A stretch of 64,000 nt of DNA from Macrostomum lignano (taxonomy: Eukaryota). The stretch covers positions 62,001 through 126,000 of the forward strand of contig NIVC01001264.1 of NCBI GenBank assembly GCA_002269645.1, written 5' to 3'. The notes under the pieces were generated by a model. That model was given only the letters and a program-made list of their open reading frames with translations. It did not search any database and was not told the origin of the DNA. Below, piece after piece: positions 39,104 through 50,067 of this stretch (positions within the stretch are counted from its first letter, which is position 1; each line of letters starts with the position of its first letter). A program made the translations under genes and the position numbers.

Positions 39104-40107
39104 GGATACAGCTGGCAAATGCAAGTTTTCTAGGACTAATTCCTATCTTAAATACACTAGAATTGGCGAAAAATTGCCTTGAATGGCTCATAAAGCAGTG
39201 ACATGATTTTCTATGACATCAACAAGCGCACGCAATTGACTTTCTTGTAGAACTGTGATTGAATGCTAATGCAAAATAAGTAGTTCTAATTTAGTTCAGA
39301 TTTAATTGAAATAACTTGATTACAACGTAACTTGATTAAACGTTTTTCTTGTTTGTCTTGTAATCGCGGCCGCTTTGAGGCTTTGTCATTGGAGGATTGA
39401 TCTTTGAGCGGGGATGAGGTGGGGAACAGTGGAGGGGAATGGGAGACGAAAAAAATTAATGAGCTATAATGTTAGATTGTGTTAGATTTCCTGCGATTCT
39501 GCGGGTGTTTTGCCTCTTCCCAGGGCCCCTACTGTATAAGATAATGGCTTTATGATGCGCATTCTATGCTATATTATATCTTTTTTTCTTACTCCATGCT
39601 TCTCCGCCTGTCATAGAATTAAAAATAGCAGAGAAAGGCAGGCTCGTCAGGATTCACGTCAGGAAGACAGAGGCATAAATCCGTCTCCGATGTTAATTAG
39701 CGATGGAAGCAAAATACAAAGGCAATAAAAAATTCCACCCTTCTCCCCCCTTACGCCCCTGGAGAAAGAGCGATCATCCCTGCATCAAGCTCGATCATTA
39801 GCCATGGCGGGGAGTGCGAAATTTTATAAAGGTACTCGTTACTGCATCAGCGCATTGAATTCAGCAATAAAATAAATCACAACAATGTGGGTCGTTTTGA
39901 CATCTTATTTTTTCGGTATCTCCTCGAATATTTCCTCATGAAAAATTGTAGTAGCTGGTATATGTATATTTTTCACAATTGCGAAAACAGTTTTCCAGAA
40001 AATTCCATGTTATTCATTTTTAAGAATATAATTTTACGGCCCAAAAGACCAATCTAAACATCTACTGCTGCAAATCAGGTCTCTGATTACTACTCAGGTC
40101 TTTGATT

Positions 40108-40323
40108 GACTACTTATAGAGCTTGGCAAGTCGTCCTGATTGATTTTCAATGATTTTTCCATTTAGAATGCATTAGAATTAGCGGAATCGCCGCCTTTGG
40201 ATATCTCGAATGCTGATTGAGATAGAGACATGATTCTTTCTGCTCTAGACACCGACTAGACCAATCTAAAAATGTTGAAAATTAGCATGTCTCGATCAGG
40301 CTACTGAGATACAGCCGTCAAAT
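40108..40323 (+). repeat. Single diverged copy of the 183-bp satellite monomer
   Basis: Colinear matches: TAGAGCTTGGCAA, CCTGATTGATTTTC, CCATTT, CGGAATC, GCTGATT, AGAGACA.GATTCTTT, AGACACCGA; ends in GATACAGC..CAAATG like the array's right junction. Confidence 0.8.
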
Positions 40324-40563
40324 GGACGGACACTTGAATGTAGTATAGTAGCTTCGTGTTAAATTTGTATCGTATTCGCAACTTTTTATAGGTTTGCTGC
40401 ACATGTTTTTTAGCTGGTACTGTTAGTGGGAGAGTTGGAACTTTTAGAGTATAATACATTTCATTGTGGACCAACGTTTTTTAACGTTTTTACAACGGCT
40501 ATTTTGTACTTTACCTCTAGTATAAAAATCTTTTGTTGGAGCAACGTTATTTGGCAGCCCGGG

Positions 40564-40780
40564 CCGGTTGAACCCTCTGGTACCACGTCGGCGGACCAGC
40601 AAAGCCGTAGAGGAGTTGGAGCGCTGATCGGACCGAGGTTGCAACAGAGCTGCCACTACTATAGCTGCATCTCCCGTCTGACCAGCTGCTTCGGGTTGAC
40701 GTCCGGCTCGCGGCCGGAACGCTCGCCTGTTCTGCGCGCACGCGTCTCCTGCCACCCAACCCCTGACGAGGCTTAAGTCC
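40564..40780 (+). pseudogene. Degenerate LINE endonuclease fragment, right half
   Basis: SRRGVGALIGPRL...ISRL matches the GVG(L/I)L motif that follows LQE in LINE APE domains. Confidence 0.55.
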
Positions 40781-41044
40781 TACGACGAGGTACAAGTGCC
40801 TACATGTAAAAATGTACATTTCAACTTGCTTGTAGCCTCGTCAAAGCATGTGCATAAAGTAGTATAGTTTTTATCGTCAGGCCGAATAAAATAATACGCA
40901 CATTTTTTAAAGAACGCAGTCGGTTTTATTTGTAAAATTTCGTTTAAACTGAAAACATAAGAGCTCACACAATGAAACGAAAAACTTTTGTTCAATTCCC
41001 TTTAAAGTTTGATTTCGGAAGCCGGAACGCCAAGTTTGTTCAGA

Positions 41045-41659
41045 TTATTTACTGGGAGCTCCGACAGACATTGGTTGCTGTTGCTGCTGCTGCTCAGACT
41101 TATTCTTTGGAATTTGCAGGCTTTTCAACAGCGGCAACTTGCTGCCGGCCTGATTGCTGGGCTCAAACTGGACCTTCATCTGAGGAAAGCAGAATTTCAG
41201 CAGCTTGCCAGCCAGATGGTGGTCAGCCCGGCCAAACTTGGTTGACGCGCCGTGAATTTGAATGCTAGTCGATCCGATCTGAATGAAGCCGCCGCCCTGT
41301 ACGGTGATAAAAAACTGCAAGCTAAATGACGCCGAGTAGAGGCGTTCGATGGCGCCGTCGTCCGGGAACTTGGCGCTGCCACGGATGCAGTGAATCACCA
41401 AGCCCGTGCCGGCGTGCTGCAGACGGAACAGCAGGTAAGGAAACGAGCCGACGGTGTCCACAATGGCCGGACTGACTGAGCGCAGAGCTGAGCCGGGCGG
41501 TCGAGTCAAGTTGGATCGGCACATCGGATAGTGATTGACTTCCAGGTGGCGCAGGGAAGCATACGGCTGCATCAGGGTTTCTGGTAGAATGCTCATGGCC
41601 TTGCTCGGAGCTGGGACTACGGTGGGTTTTATTGGGTTCTCGGATTCCTTTGCGCTCAT
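41045..41659 (-). CDS. Janus/Ocnus (PHPT1 phosphohistidine phosphatase) family protein, divergent, 204 aa, single coding exon
   Basis: IVDTVGSFPYLLFRL...CIRGS...VQGGGFI...IQIHGASTKFGRADH...LLKFCFPQMKV aligns by eye with PHPT1 VDIDSDGVFKYVLIRV...IVRG...LGGGRI...IHVYGYSMAYGPAQH...KIKAKYPDYEV. Confidence 0.75.
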   Translation of the reverse strand: MSAKESENPIKPTVVPAPSKAMSILPETLMQPYASLRHLEVNHYPMCRSNLTRPPGSALRSVSPAIVDTVGSFPYLLFRLQHAGTGLVIHCIRGSAKFPDDGAIERLYSASFSLQFFITVQGGGFIQIGSTSIQIHGASTKFGRADHHLAGKLLKFCFPQMKVQFEPSNQAGSKLPLLKSLQIPKNKSEQQQQQQPMSVGAPSK

Positions 41660-44600
41660 TTTATCTAACAGTAATAGTTAGTTTTCACTCGCGTTTCTGA
41701 TAAATTTGAATCAATTTAGATAGAAAGGAGAGACGATAGAATAAAGGTTAGTAATACGAGTACTTGCCATAGACGTCTTATCAAGATTTAAACACAAGGC
41801 TGGTAATTTTTGCCATAGCTACACACATTCTAAGCACTTTCAATTGAAACCGTTTGATTTTTGTTAGAAAACTTTTTGTTAATTTACATGTACATTGACA
41901 CGTATATGACGCAAAGCGAGTTGATGTCACGACATCACTGACCAACCAGCTATATAAACCTGGTTAAGATCGTTATTACATGTAGAAACAAGAGTGAAAT
42001 CAACAATTTCGCGCCGATTAAAACCGCAAAATTAAACTTGCAGTTTCTTTTTATTGATGTACCAAGTATAGAGGAGTAATGGAATAAATTAATAAGTCAC
42101 CACGCCCGTTTGCTGCGCTATTTGACCAGACCGTGTTCTGAGCATTGTATCCGAAAACAAACTTCTTGAAGTCACTGTTAAATTAATTTAACCGTTACAT
42201 AGATGCTTCAATCACCATTTGACTCTAGTCTGTAAAGTCACTCGCAGCCAACATAATTCCATGCAAATGACCTCTGTTCATGTTTTCTGTCTTTTGTGAT
42301 AATTTCCTTCTGTAATAGTAACTTGACTTTGTTTTTATCCTTAGTGCCAGCAGCTAATTGCTGCACAGCTCCAAGAACTTAAATAAATTGAATATTTAAA
42401 TCTATAATCTATATCTATACTAGTACGTGCATGATTACAAATATTAGAAACAAGCCTGCACTAATGCGAGCTTTCTAACGTAGCTTAATACGAGTACATA
42501 GGAAAAATTTGCATAGGATAGCTTGTTGACGACAAACCGCAGATGCTATATAGATTGAGATTACAGATCGAGTCGCGATTTCTACCGAAAATAAAGAAAA
42601 TGGAAGAAGGTCTAGGAGGCTATGCATAGTCCTGGCAACCCAGACCATGAATCAATTTTTGCATCTTGCAATCTCAATTTGTCAAGGATAAGCTGAGATT
42701 TTATGAGCCTCAATGTTAGTCTGATGATTCCACAGCAGTTGTTGTCTGGGAGGGAAATTTGTGACATTGACAGATACAGATCGAAATTCGCAGTGGGATG
42801 GCGAAGGACTCGTCGCCATATATGTGGGACATACACATATGTCCCATATGTGTCCGACCTACTGGCAGAATTGTTGAACATCTCGACGGTCCAGATGGCT
42901 GCAAGTTGAATCTTGCTTGAGAAGAAGCGCAACAACAAGTTCCCAGTGGCAAAAGTTAGCTAGAATCTAGTTCGAAATTTCGAAGTAGAATTTAGCTCGA
43001 AATATTGCCCGGCGAATTCTAGCTAGAATTTTCTAGCTTCTTTCGATGTAAAAAATCCAAGCTTTTGAACAAATTTCGAACCTTTTTAAACCAGATATCT
43101 GCCTTAAGGTACATTTAGGCTGTGTTTAGAGTAAATTTATTGTACATGTATATTTTCACAGTTGATTATTTTTAGCCTAGAGTCGCCAGGCGCGTAGCCA
43201 GAGATTTTTTATGGGGGGATATAGGCTGCCCCTCAGGAGGGAAATTTTCTTTTGGGGGGGGGATAGCACGCCCCCTAAGGAGAAATACTTCAAAAAACTA
43301 TTCGTTTGGCTGTTTGAGGGGATACATCCTCCTGATTGGCCCTTCCCTACACCCCCCCGAGTCGCTAATTTTTTTAACTGAAAAACGAATTCAACATCGC
43401 ATTTTTCAAAATGATGCACTAGAATAGCAGGTTTGGTCACTATGCTCCCCTTTCTTCTCTTTTCTTTTTCTCTTTTCACTTTGATCTATCCTCTCTTCTC
43501 TTCAATCTATCCTCTCAACTCTCCAGGCTCTTCTCTCCTAGACCAAAATGGTTGAAATTATGAAAAATTAAATGTAAAATTGTAAAATAATTGTCATTTT
43601 TACAACTGATTGCTTTTTCCCATTTTTCAATTCAATTATAATTTTTGTAATTTGCACTTCTTGCAATTCCTATCACAATATTTCACTATACCACTTAGTT
43701 AAAATAATAAAGAGGAAGAATAGTAGGACTGGAGACATTTGTAGTGCAATGCAATGCAAGTAAATATAGTTTGTAATAAATTTTCTATTAATAAGATAGC
43801 ACACCACATTTTATCATTAGCAATTAGGCCCCTATTTATTTTAAAAGTTTGAAACAGATAAAAGTAGATTAAAAAGCAAAAGTAGACAAGTCAAAAGACC
43901 AAAAAGCAAAACAACAACTAAGGTCTATTCAAGCCATAGGCAAATTAACTATGAAAAAAATTGTGAAGTTTAAAATACAAAAATAAATAAAAGCAAACAG
44001 AAGAAAGCAACACCATGAGAGAACTATAAAAATACTGTGAAAAGTTAACAGATTAAATATGCAATGGAAAAAAACAAGTGATCTTTGCAAAAAGTAAGTT
44101 TTTAGAGCTTATAGTAGACCTAATCAATAGGAAAATCTAAAGGTGATGCAAGTGATATACAACAATGTAACTTTTGTTTTAGAAGGTATGAAATGTGTCA
44201 AACATGGGAAAAATAAAGCAGAAACATAAATAAATATTTCATAAAAACTTTAGAGGCAAGGCATCATTGAATCACAATTTCTAAATCTCTAATAAATAGG
44301 CCTAACTAAAAATCGAACTTTCTATTAGTCACTAGCAGTAACACTATAGTAAAAAACAGCATATAGTAAGAGACCATTCTAATCTTTAAGAAGTTGCACC
44401 CTAGCTAAAATATCACTGTCTATCTGTTCCTAGATAGAAAAAAATGGATTCCACCTTGCACACAAGCTAGCCATGGTGGAAAACAATAAGCGCAACTCCT
44501 GCAATCCTAATCATTTGTAACTATTATACTATGATAAATTCTGCGTCCAAAGATGACTTGACCCAACAATCTAAACTAATCTCATTTGCAGCAGGCCTAG

Positions 44601-44777
44601 CAATCTACATGTAATTAATGTATTGTAAAGAAGTTTATAGTAAAGAACCAGATTTTTACGTCTTACGAAAACGTTCGTTTTTATCGAACCTATGTTTTCA
44701 TTCGAAAAATCGCACCAAGTTCTAGCTAAAATCTACGCACGACATTGGCACACTATAAAAATGTTCAAATGCAAAAT

Positions 44778-45475
44778 CAAGGACGACTTAAGTAGAAGGA
44801 CGGGAAACCTCGTTTCTTAGAAAATTTTTGAAGGCACTTTTTCCCGAAAAAATACACTGCGGAGATAGGAAATTTTCATTTTTTCAGCACAAAAATTGCT
44901 ATAACTTTTGATAGGAGGCAGATCCAGTGTTGATCTTTTGATATGTTGTGCCTTTTTTATTGCTCTATCGATATTTATAAAGCTTTCCGTTCAGAAAATT
45001 AGGATTCTATGTTAATTTTTTATTCTACGTATATTTCCTGTATCTAAAAATCACAAAAATGCATGACACAGCTCTAATATTTGGTTTTATGAATCTATTT
45101 TATCATCTATGTTACGACTATTTGCTATACAGTCAGGTAAGAAGGATAAAATAGACTCATAAAATCAAAGAGCCAAGCCGTGGCATTCTAATGTATTTCA
45201 AGCACAAGACACATGAAAATATACGTAGAATAAAAAATTAACATAGAATCCTAATTTTCTGAACGGAAAGCTTTATAAATATCGATAGAGCAATAAAAAA
45301 GGCACAACATATCAAAAGATCAACACTGGATCTGCCTCCTATCAAAAGTTATAGCAATTTTTGTGCTGAAAAAATGAAAATTTCCTATCTCCGCAGTGTA
45401 TTTTTTCGGGAAAAAGTGCCTTCAAAAAATTTCTAAGAAACGAGGTTTCCCGTCCTTCTACTTAAGTCGTCCTTG
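44778..45475. mobile_element. 698-bp non-autonomous element with ~255-bp near-perfect TIRs, CAAGG termini and an 8-bp TSD (P/Galileo-like, hAT not excluded)
   Basis: CAAGGACGACTTAAGTAG... mirrored at the right end; TGCAAAAT at 44770-44777 and 45476-45483. Confidence 0.88.
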
Positions 45476-46080
45476 TGCAAAATCTTTTTATCAAAGAAAA
45501 GATTATACTTCAAAAAAGTACTATACATTATTTTTTGGCCACAGGATAAAGTAGAATCCCTCAAATTGCCACTTCGAATGTAAATACTTTTTTCGACGCG
45601 AATTCGAACTAAAATCGAACTAACTTTTGCCACTGGGTTGGCCCATTGTTCGTAAATTTCGTGCGCCTGTAAAAAAGGTTGTGGGAAATTCCCTCGGCAA
45701 GTTCTACCGTTAAAAGTTAGTACTCCCACTTCTAAACCTGGCTTGAAAGAGCTCGAAAACAATGCGATAACTTTTGTTCTCGTTCACCAGAGTTTGTCTC
45801 ACTTCTTCGCCTTTAATTTTCCTTTCGCATTCTCGCCAATCCCTTTTTTGCTAACCCGATTTTCAAGCCAGATTCACAAGCCAATGTGTCTGATTATACC
45901 CGATTGTTACAATAGAAAAAATATAGGAGTCCAAATAAACCCGAGATAAAGTCGAGATTAATCCCAAATCTAAAAGTCTTTCGTGAATGCAAATAAATCG
46001 AAACTTGATTTCTTTGTTACTCTATGTAGTATGGCATAATGTAGTGTGCACTGGAGGGCTAGCATATTTTTACATTAATA

Positions 46081-46660
46081 TACTTTTTTGCGATTGAATT
46101 CGTCCAAACTGCAAAACCTTTCGTCCACTAACGCTTTCTTAATGGGAGCTAAATTTAGATCATACCATAGACAACTGTGTTCACGCAAAACGGTTCATTC
46201 AGTTTGTAAAACATTTCGTCTAAACCCTTCGTCCAAACAGCTAACAGCTAAACGGAGCGACTTTATTTGATATCACGAGATATTGAACAAAGCAAAAACA
46301 GTGTCAGTTGTTTCCAATCGCAGCCTTCTTCAACAGCCAAGGCTAATCGCCTGCGGTCTTTGTTTGACACTGGATGGTAGGGGCCTCGGTTCATCTTCGA
46401 CTGTTTTGCCGGGTTCAGAATGGAAGATATGCGTTGCTGTAGCTGTAGTGGTAGCAAAAGCGAACTGTCAATTGGGTGTTAACTATGGTAGGAACAGTAC
46501 ACTCGGTCTCTAGTCTAGGGGACGAAATGTTTTACAAACTGGATGAACCGTTTTGCGTGAACACAGGTTGTCTATGGTATGATCTAAATTTAGCTCCCAT
46601 TAAGAAAGCATTTGTGGACGAAAGGTTTGCAGTTTGGACGAATTCAATCGCAAAAAAGTA
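46081..46660. mobile_element. Tc1/mariner-type non-autonomous element, ~140-bp TIRs, TA target
   Basis: TACTTTTTTGCGATTGAATTCGTCCAAACTGCAAA... mirrored at 46520-46660; TA flanks; internal minus-strand peptide YHPVSNKDRRRLALAVEEGCDWKQL resembles a transposase N-terminal HTH. Confidence 0.75.
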
Positions 46661-46729
46661 TAATAGACAATCACTAGCAATCTATAGTGTCCCATCATTT
46701 ACGAGCTATGGGAATCCTATTTGTCCTGA

Positions 46730-47165
46730 GACCTCAGCAATTCCCCCAGTAAGCCTTGAGATCTCCGCCATTCCCCCATTAAGCCTTGAGACCTCAGCAA
46801 TTCCCCCGGTAAGCCTTGAGACCTCAGCAATTCCCCCATTAAGCCTTGGGATCTCAGCAATTCCCCCAGTAAGCCTGGACATCCCAGCCATTCCCCCAGT
46901 AAGCCTGCATGGACATCTCAGCCATTCCCCCATTAAGTCTTGAGATCTCAGCATTTTCCCCAGTAAGCCTGGACATCTCAGCCTTTCCCCCAGTAAGCCT
47001 TGAGATCTCAGCCATTCCCCAGTAAGCCTTGAGATCTCAGTCATTCCCCCAGTAAGCCTTGAGATCTCAGCCATTCCCCCAGTAAGCCTGCATGGACATC
47101 TCAGCCATTCCCCCAGTAAGCCTGGACATCTCAGCCATTCCCCCAGTAAGCCTGGACATTTCAGC
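46730..47165. repeat. ~30-bp minisatellite (GAGATCTCAGCCATTCCCCCAGTAAGCCTT)
   Basis: Visible. Confidence 0.88.
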
Positions 47166-48198
47166 AATTCCACAGTACGCTCGTACAGTCATTTCGGACG
47201 CACCCACTGCAGTCAGTCAGTCAGTCAGTCAGTATGAGTCAGTGCTTGAAAGGCTTTTGTGAATCTACAGATATGCATATCAGGATCGAGCAACAGGCTC
47301 TTGACAAGTACGATTTGAGAGTGCTTCAAACGCTATGCGAAACCACTTCTTCCATGAGCAAAGCTCACTGCACGCTCGTGTGTGCAGTATCTATACCCTC
47401 ACGGCTCATATGCAATTTAGGCGTAAGCGGCAACTAAAGGTTTTGGAAACTTTTTTCTTCAATTGATATCGATCGGTTCTCGCTGTTGCGACCAATGCAA
47501 AGCGACAAGTCACAATAGTCAAAAAAATGTTTTACATAATGTTAGTAGCTATGCTGCGCAGCACATAACTCGTGCACAACGGGTCAAGATCATGAATGTT
47601 ATGGTGCAATCGCTTAGCAACTATAGTCGTGCCAATAGGCAGCACAAAAAGCCAAGGCGAAAACATGCAGCAGTCCGCAGAATGCGAGCTAAAATAACTA
47701 CAGTACGAGTAGGTCTATTAAATCTAGCGGTACAATACATAATGCAGATAGAATCTATTTCCCGAGGGGATGCACAGCACTGTTGGATTGACCTATAAAA
47801 TGACTTGTTCAGCCATTTGCATATCATTTTCCTTTCTAGTCGCGATTTCAATAGTATACGCAGCTCCAGGCCGCCTTGTGCTGTGCAAAAATTTATCCCC
47901 ATGGCCATATATAAAATTCAGCATGCAGTCAGAACGTACAATGCAAGCTACTAGCCAATAGTCCAATTGATTGAGACGAAGTCTCCTGTCAATTTTTGCT
48001 CAACAGAAGCCTGCATGTACGGCTCTCTCCCACCCCCCTCCCTCAGTTGAGCACCAATGAGACGCTTCTCGGGCTAAATTCCTAAAATAAATTTCTGTAT
48101 ACAGTCGGCACGCGTTAACGAGACCCGGACAAAATTCTTCTAGACGATCATAAACAACTTGGATTCTGAGACATTTTTATTCTAATCTTCGAACGTCG

Positions 48199-50067
48199 AT
48201 GTCGTACTCGGATAGCCCGGCTAAAAATGACTCGACGGCCCGAGGCAGCTGCGACAGCTCGCCGATGCTGCCTCATAGTCAGAACAATCGGCATCAGCAA
48301 AAGACACCGCGTCAATTAAAGCAACAACAACAGCAACAGCAGCAGAAACCGACGTCGTCCCGTCTCCGAGCGAGCGCCAGCATGGACTGCATGCAATCGT
48401 CCGCTCCCGGCATCGCCATGAGCGCCAGCAACAACAGCAAATCGGTCAGGTCTCTGCGCGCGATTGTCGAACGAATCGCCCCGGGCGAGTCCGAGGGCCG
48501 CTACGCCAGACGACTGAAACGATTCTGCGATTCTACAAGCGCGCACGGATTTCACAAATTGTTCGAGTCGTCGAGTCAGCTGCACCGAGCCGCCTGGCTA
48601 CTCATAATTGTTGCCGCGGTCACCGGCTTCACCATTCATTTGAGCTTTCTTGTTAGCAGATTTCTTCAATCGCCAGTAAACACGGAGACACGAGTCTACA
48701 GTACGCCGTTCGTGTTCCCAGACGTTACTGTGTGCTCAACTGGTCACATGAGCAAGCTTCGCTATAGCCAGAATCCTATTGTTGCTTCGGTTAACATGAC
48801 TCTACAGAAGCTGATCTGGGACGTAAGCAAATTTTGGGGTGCCACAAACGACACAGACGACAGTATTAACGCCGATTTGCGGAACTCTCTCAAGAGCTTC
48901 CTGCACGAGTTGAATGTCACCAAGGAGCGACAGGACGCCATTATTCACTGTCAATATGCCGGAAGCGGCTGCTCCTATCGTGACTTTCAACATCTGACCG
49001 ATCCCGAGTACTTCAGCTGCTTCACGTTCAAGCCGCCGAGTCGCAGTCTGATTGTCGGCGGCGAAAAGGACGGCGGTCTGTCCGTGATTTTGTACACCGG
49101 CGACGACAAGAACTTCATCACCGAGGAGGAGTCATTGGCATTCTCCACCGGGTATCGCATCATTGTCCACCCGCCGGACACGAGACCGGACTCAGCGGAC
49201 GGATTCTACATTCAGAACGGGAGCAGTACCCATGTGCAGCTGGCTTACACTAGTCTCACCGTGCTCAGCAAAGGATCAAGGAAGTGCGCCAAACCGGGTC
49301 AGCTTCCAGAATCCGAGTTCTTGGACATCAACACCGGAAAACTGCTCCGGTATCGGTATAGCGTCTCCGACTGCGCGATGCGGCACTGCCAAGCGTACTT
49401 GAACAAAACCTGTCATTGCGTCTCCGAACTGCTGCCTGTACCAGCCGACTACGGACCTCGATTCCGAACGCGCTTCTGTCATCGCGTGTCAGCAGCCGAT
49501 ATTGTCGACGCCAAGGATGGCACGGCGGCCGTTGCCGAAGATGAGCTTCGTGACAGACGGGAGTGCCACGACAAGGAGCTGGAGCTCATTCACCGGCGCA
49601 CCGCCAGCGATTTGGACGCTTGTCCAGTGCCGTGCGACGGTCAGCAGTACGACCTGCAACTGACGCAGAACCGATGGCCAGGGCATCCTGGCGAGGCCGT
49701 GCAAGCCCTGTTGGAACGTGTCCGCGCCACGATTCGGTTGGCTGACGAAGACAAGCTGGACACTCGTGTGCTGCACACGGTGGAGCGTCGCCTTCTGAGT
49801 ACAAGCCGCGGCAGAGGCTCAGTTGGCAGCAGTTTTGCTCGATTGACAATCTACAGCCACTCAACCATGGGCAGCAGAGTAGCGGAAGCCTGGGCCTATC
49901 CTGCCGGCAATCTGTTCTCAGACATTGGCGGCATTTTAGGCCTCTGGCTAGGCGTGTCTCTGATTAGTACGTTTGAATTTTTCGAGCTTTTTGCCGATTT
50001 ATTGAGTAGCGCCAGGAAGAATTCGGCAGCAGCTGCTATTAGGGCAAACGATGTGGCAGTGCTGTAA
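48199..50067 (+). CDS. DEG/ENaC (amiloride-sensitive sodium channel) family subunit, 622 aa, intronless
   Basis: Pre-TM1 FCDSTSAHG; TM1 AAWLLIIVAAVTGFTIHL; FPDVTVC; Cys-rich ectodomain; TM2 LFSDIGGILGLWLGVSLISTFEF with the GxS filter. Confidence 0.92.
   Translation: MSYSDSPAKNDSTARGSCDSSPMLPHSQNNRHQQKTPRQLKQQQQQQQQKPTSSRLRASASMDCMQSSAPGIAMSASNNSKSVRSLRAIVERIAPGESEGRYARRLKRFCDSTSAHGFHKLFESSSQLHRAAWLLIIVAAVTGFTIHLSFLVSRFLQSPVNTETRVYSTPFVFPDVTVCSTGHMSKLRYSQNPIVASVNMTLQKLIWDVSKFWGATNDTDDSINADLRNSLKSFLHELNVTKERQDAIIHCQYAGSGCSYRDFQHLTDPEYFSCFTFKPPSRSLIVGGEKDGGLSVILYTGDDKNFITEEESLAFSTGYRIIVHPPDTRPDSADGFYIQNGSSTHVQLAYTSLTVLSKGSRKCAKPGQLPESEFLDINTGKLLRYRYSVSDCAMRHCQAYLNKTCHCVSELLPVPADYGPRFRTRFCHRVSAADIVDAKDGTAAVAEDELRDRRECHDKELELIHRRTASDLDACPVPCDGQQYDLQLTQNRWPGHPGEAVQALLERVRATIRLADEDKLDTRVLHTVERRLLSTSRGRGSVGSSFARLTIYSHSTMGSRVAEAWAYPAGNLFSDIGGILGLWLGVSLISTFEFFELFADLLSSARKNSAAAAIRANDVAVL

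Larger units (their letters stand above)
24313..40563 (-). mobile_element. 16.25-kb EnSpm/CACTA (CMC superfamily)-like DNA transposon
   Basis: TIR CCCGGGCTGCCA at 24313-24324 and inverted at 40552-40563; CCG duplicated at 24310-24312 and 40564-40566; subterminal AACGTT-type motifs at both ends; contains a transposase and a DUF4806-like gene. Confidence 0.85.

Noticed and set aside
42600-42960. Coding-like segment with CPIC...HL pattern on the plus strand
   Set aside because: Several in-frame stops and no recognisable family; at most a decayed remnant.
47234-47961. Several short ORFs upstream of the DEG/ENaC gene
   Set aside because: No motifs, no consistent splice chain, lengths compatible with chance.
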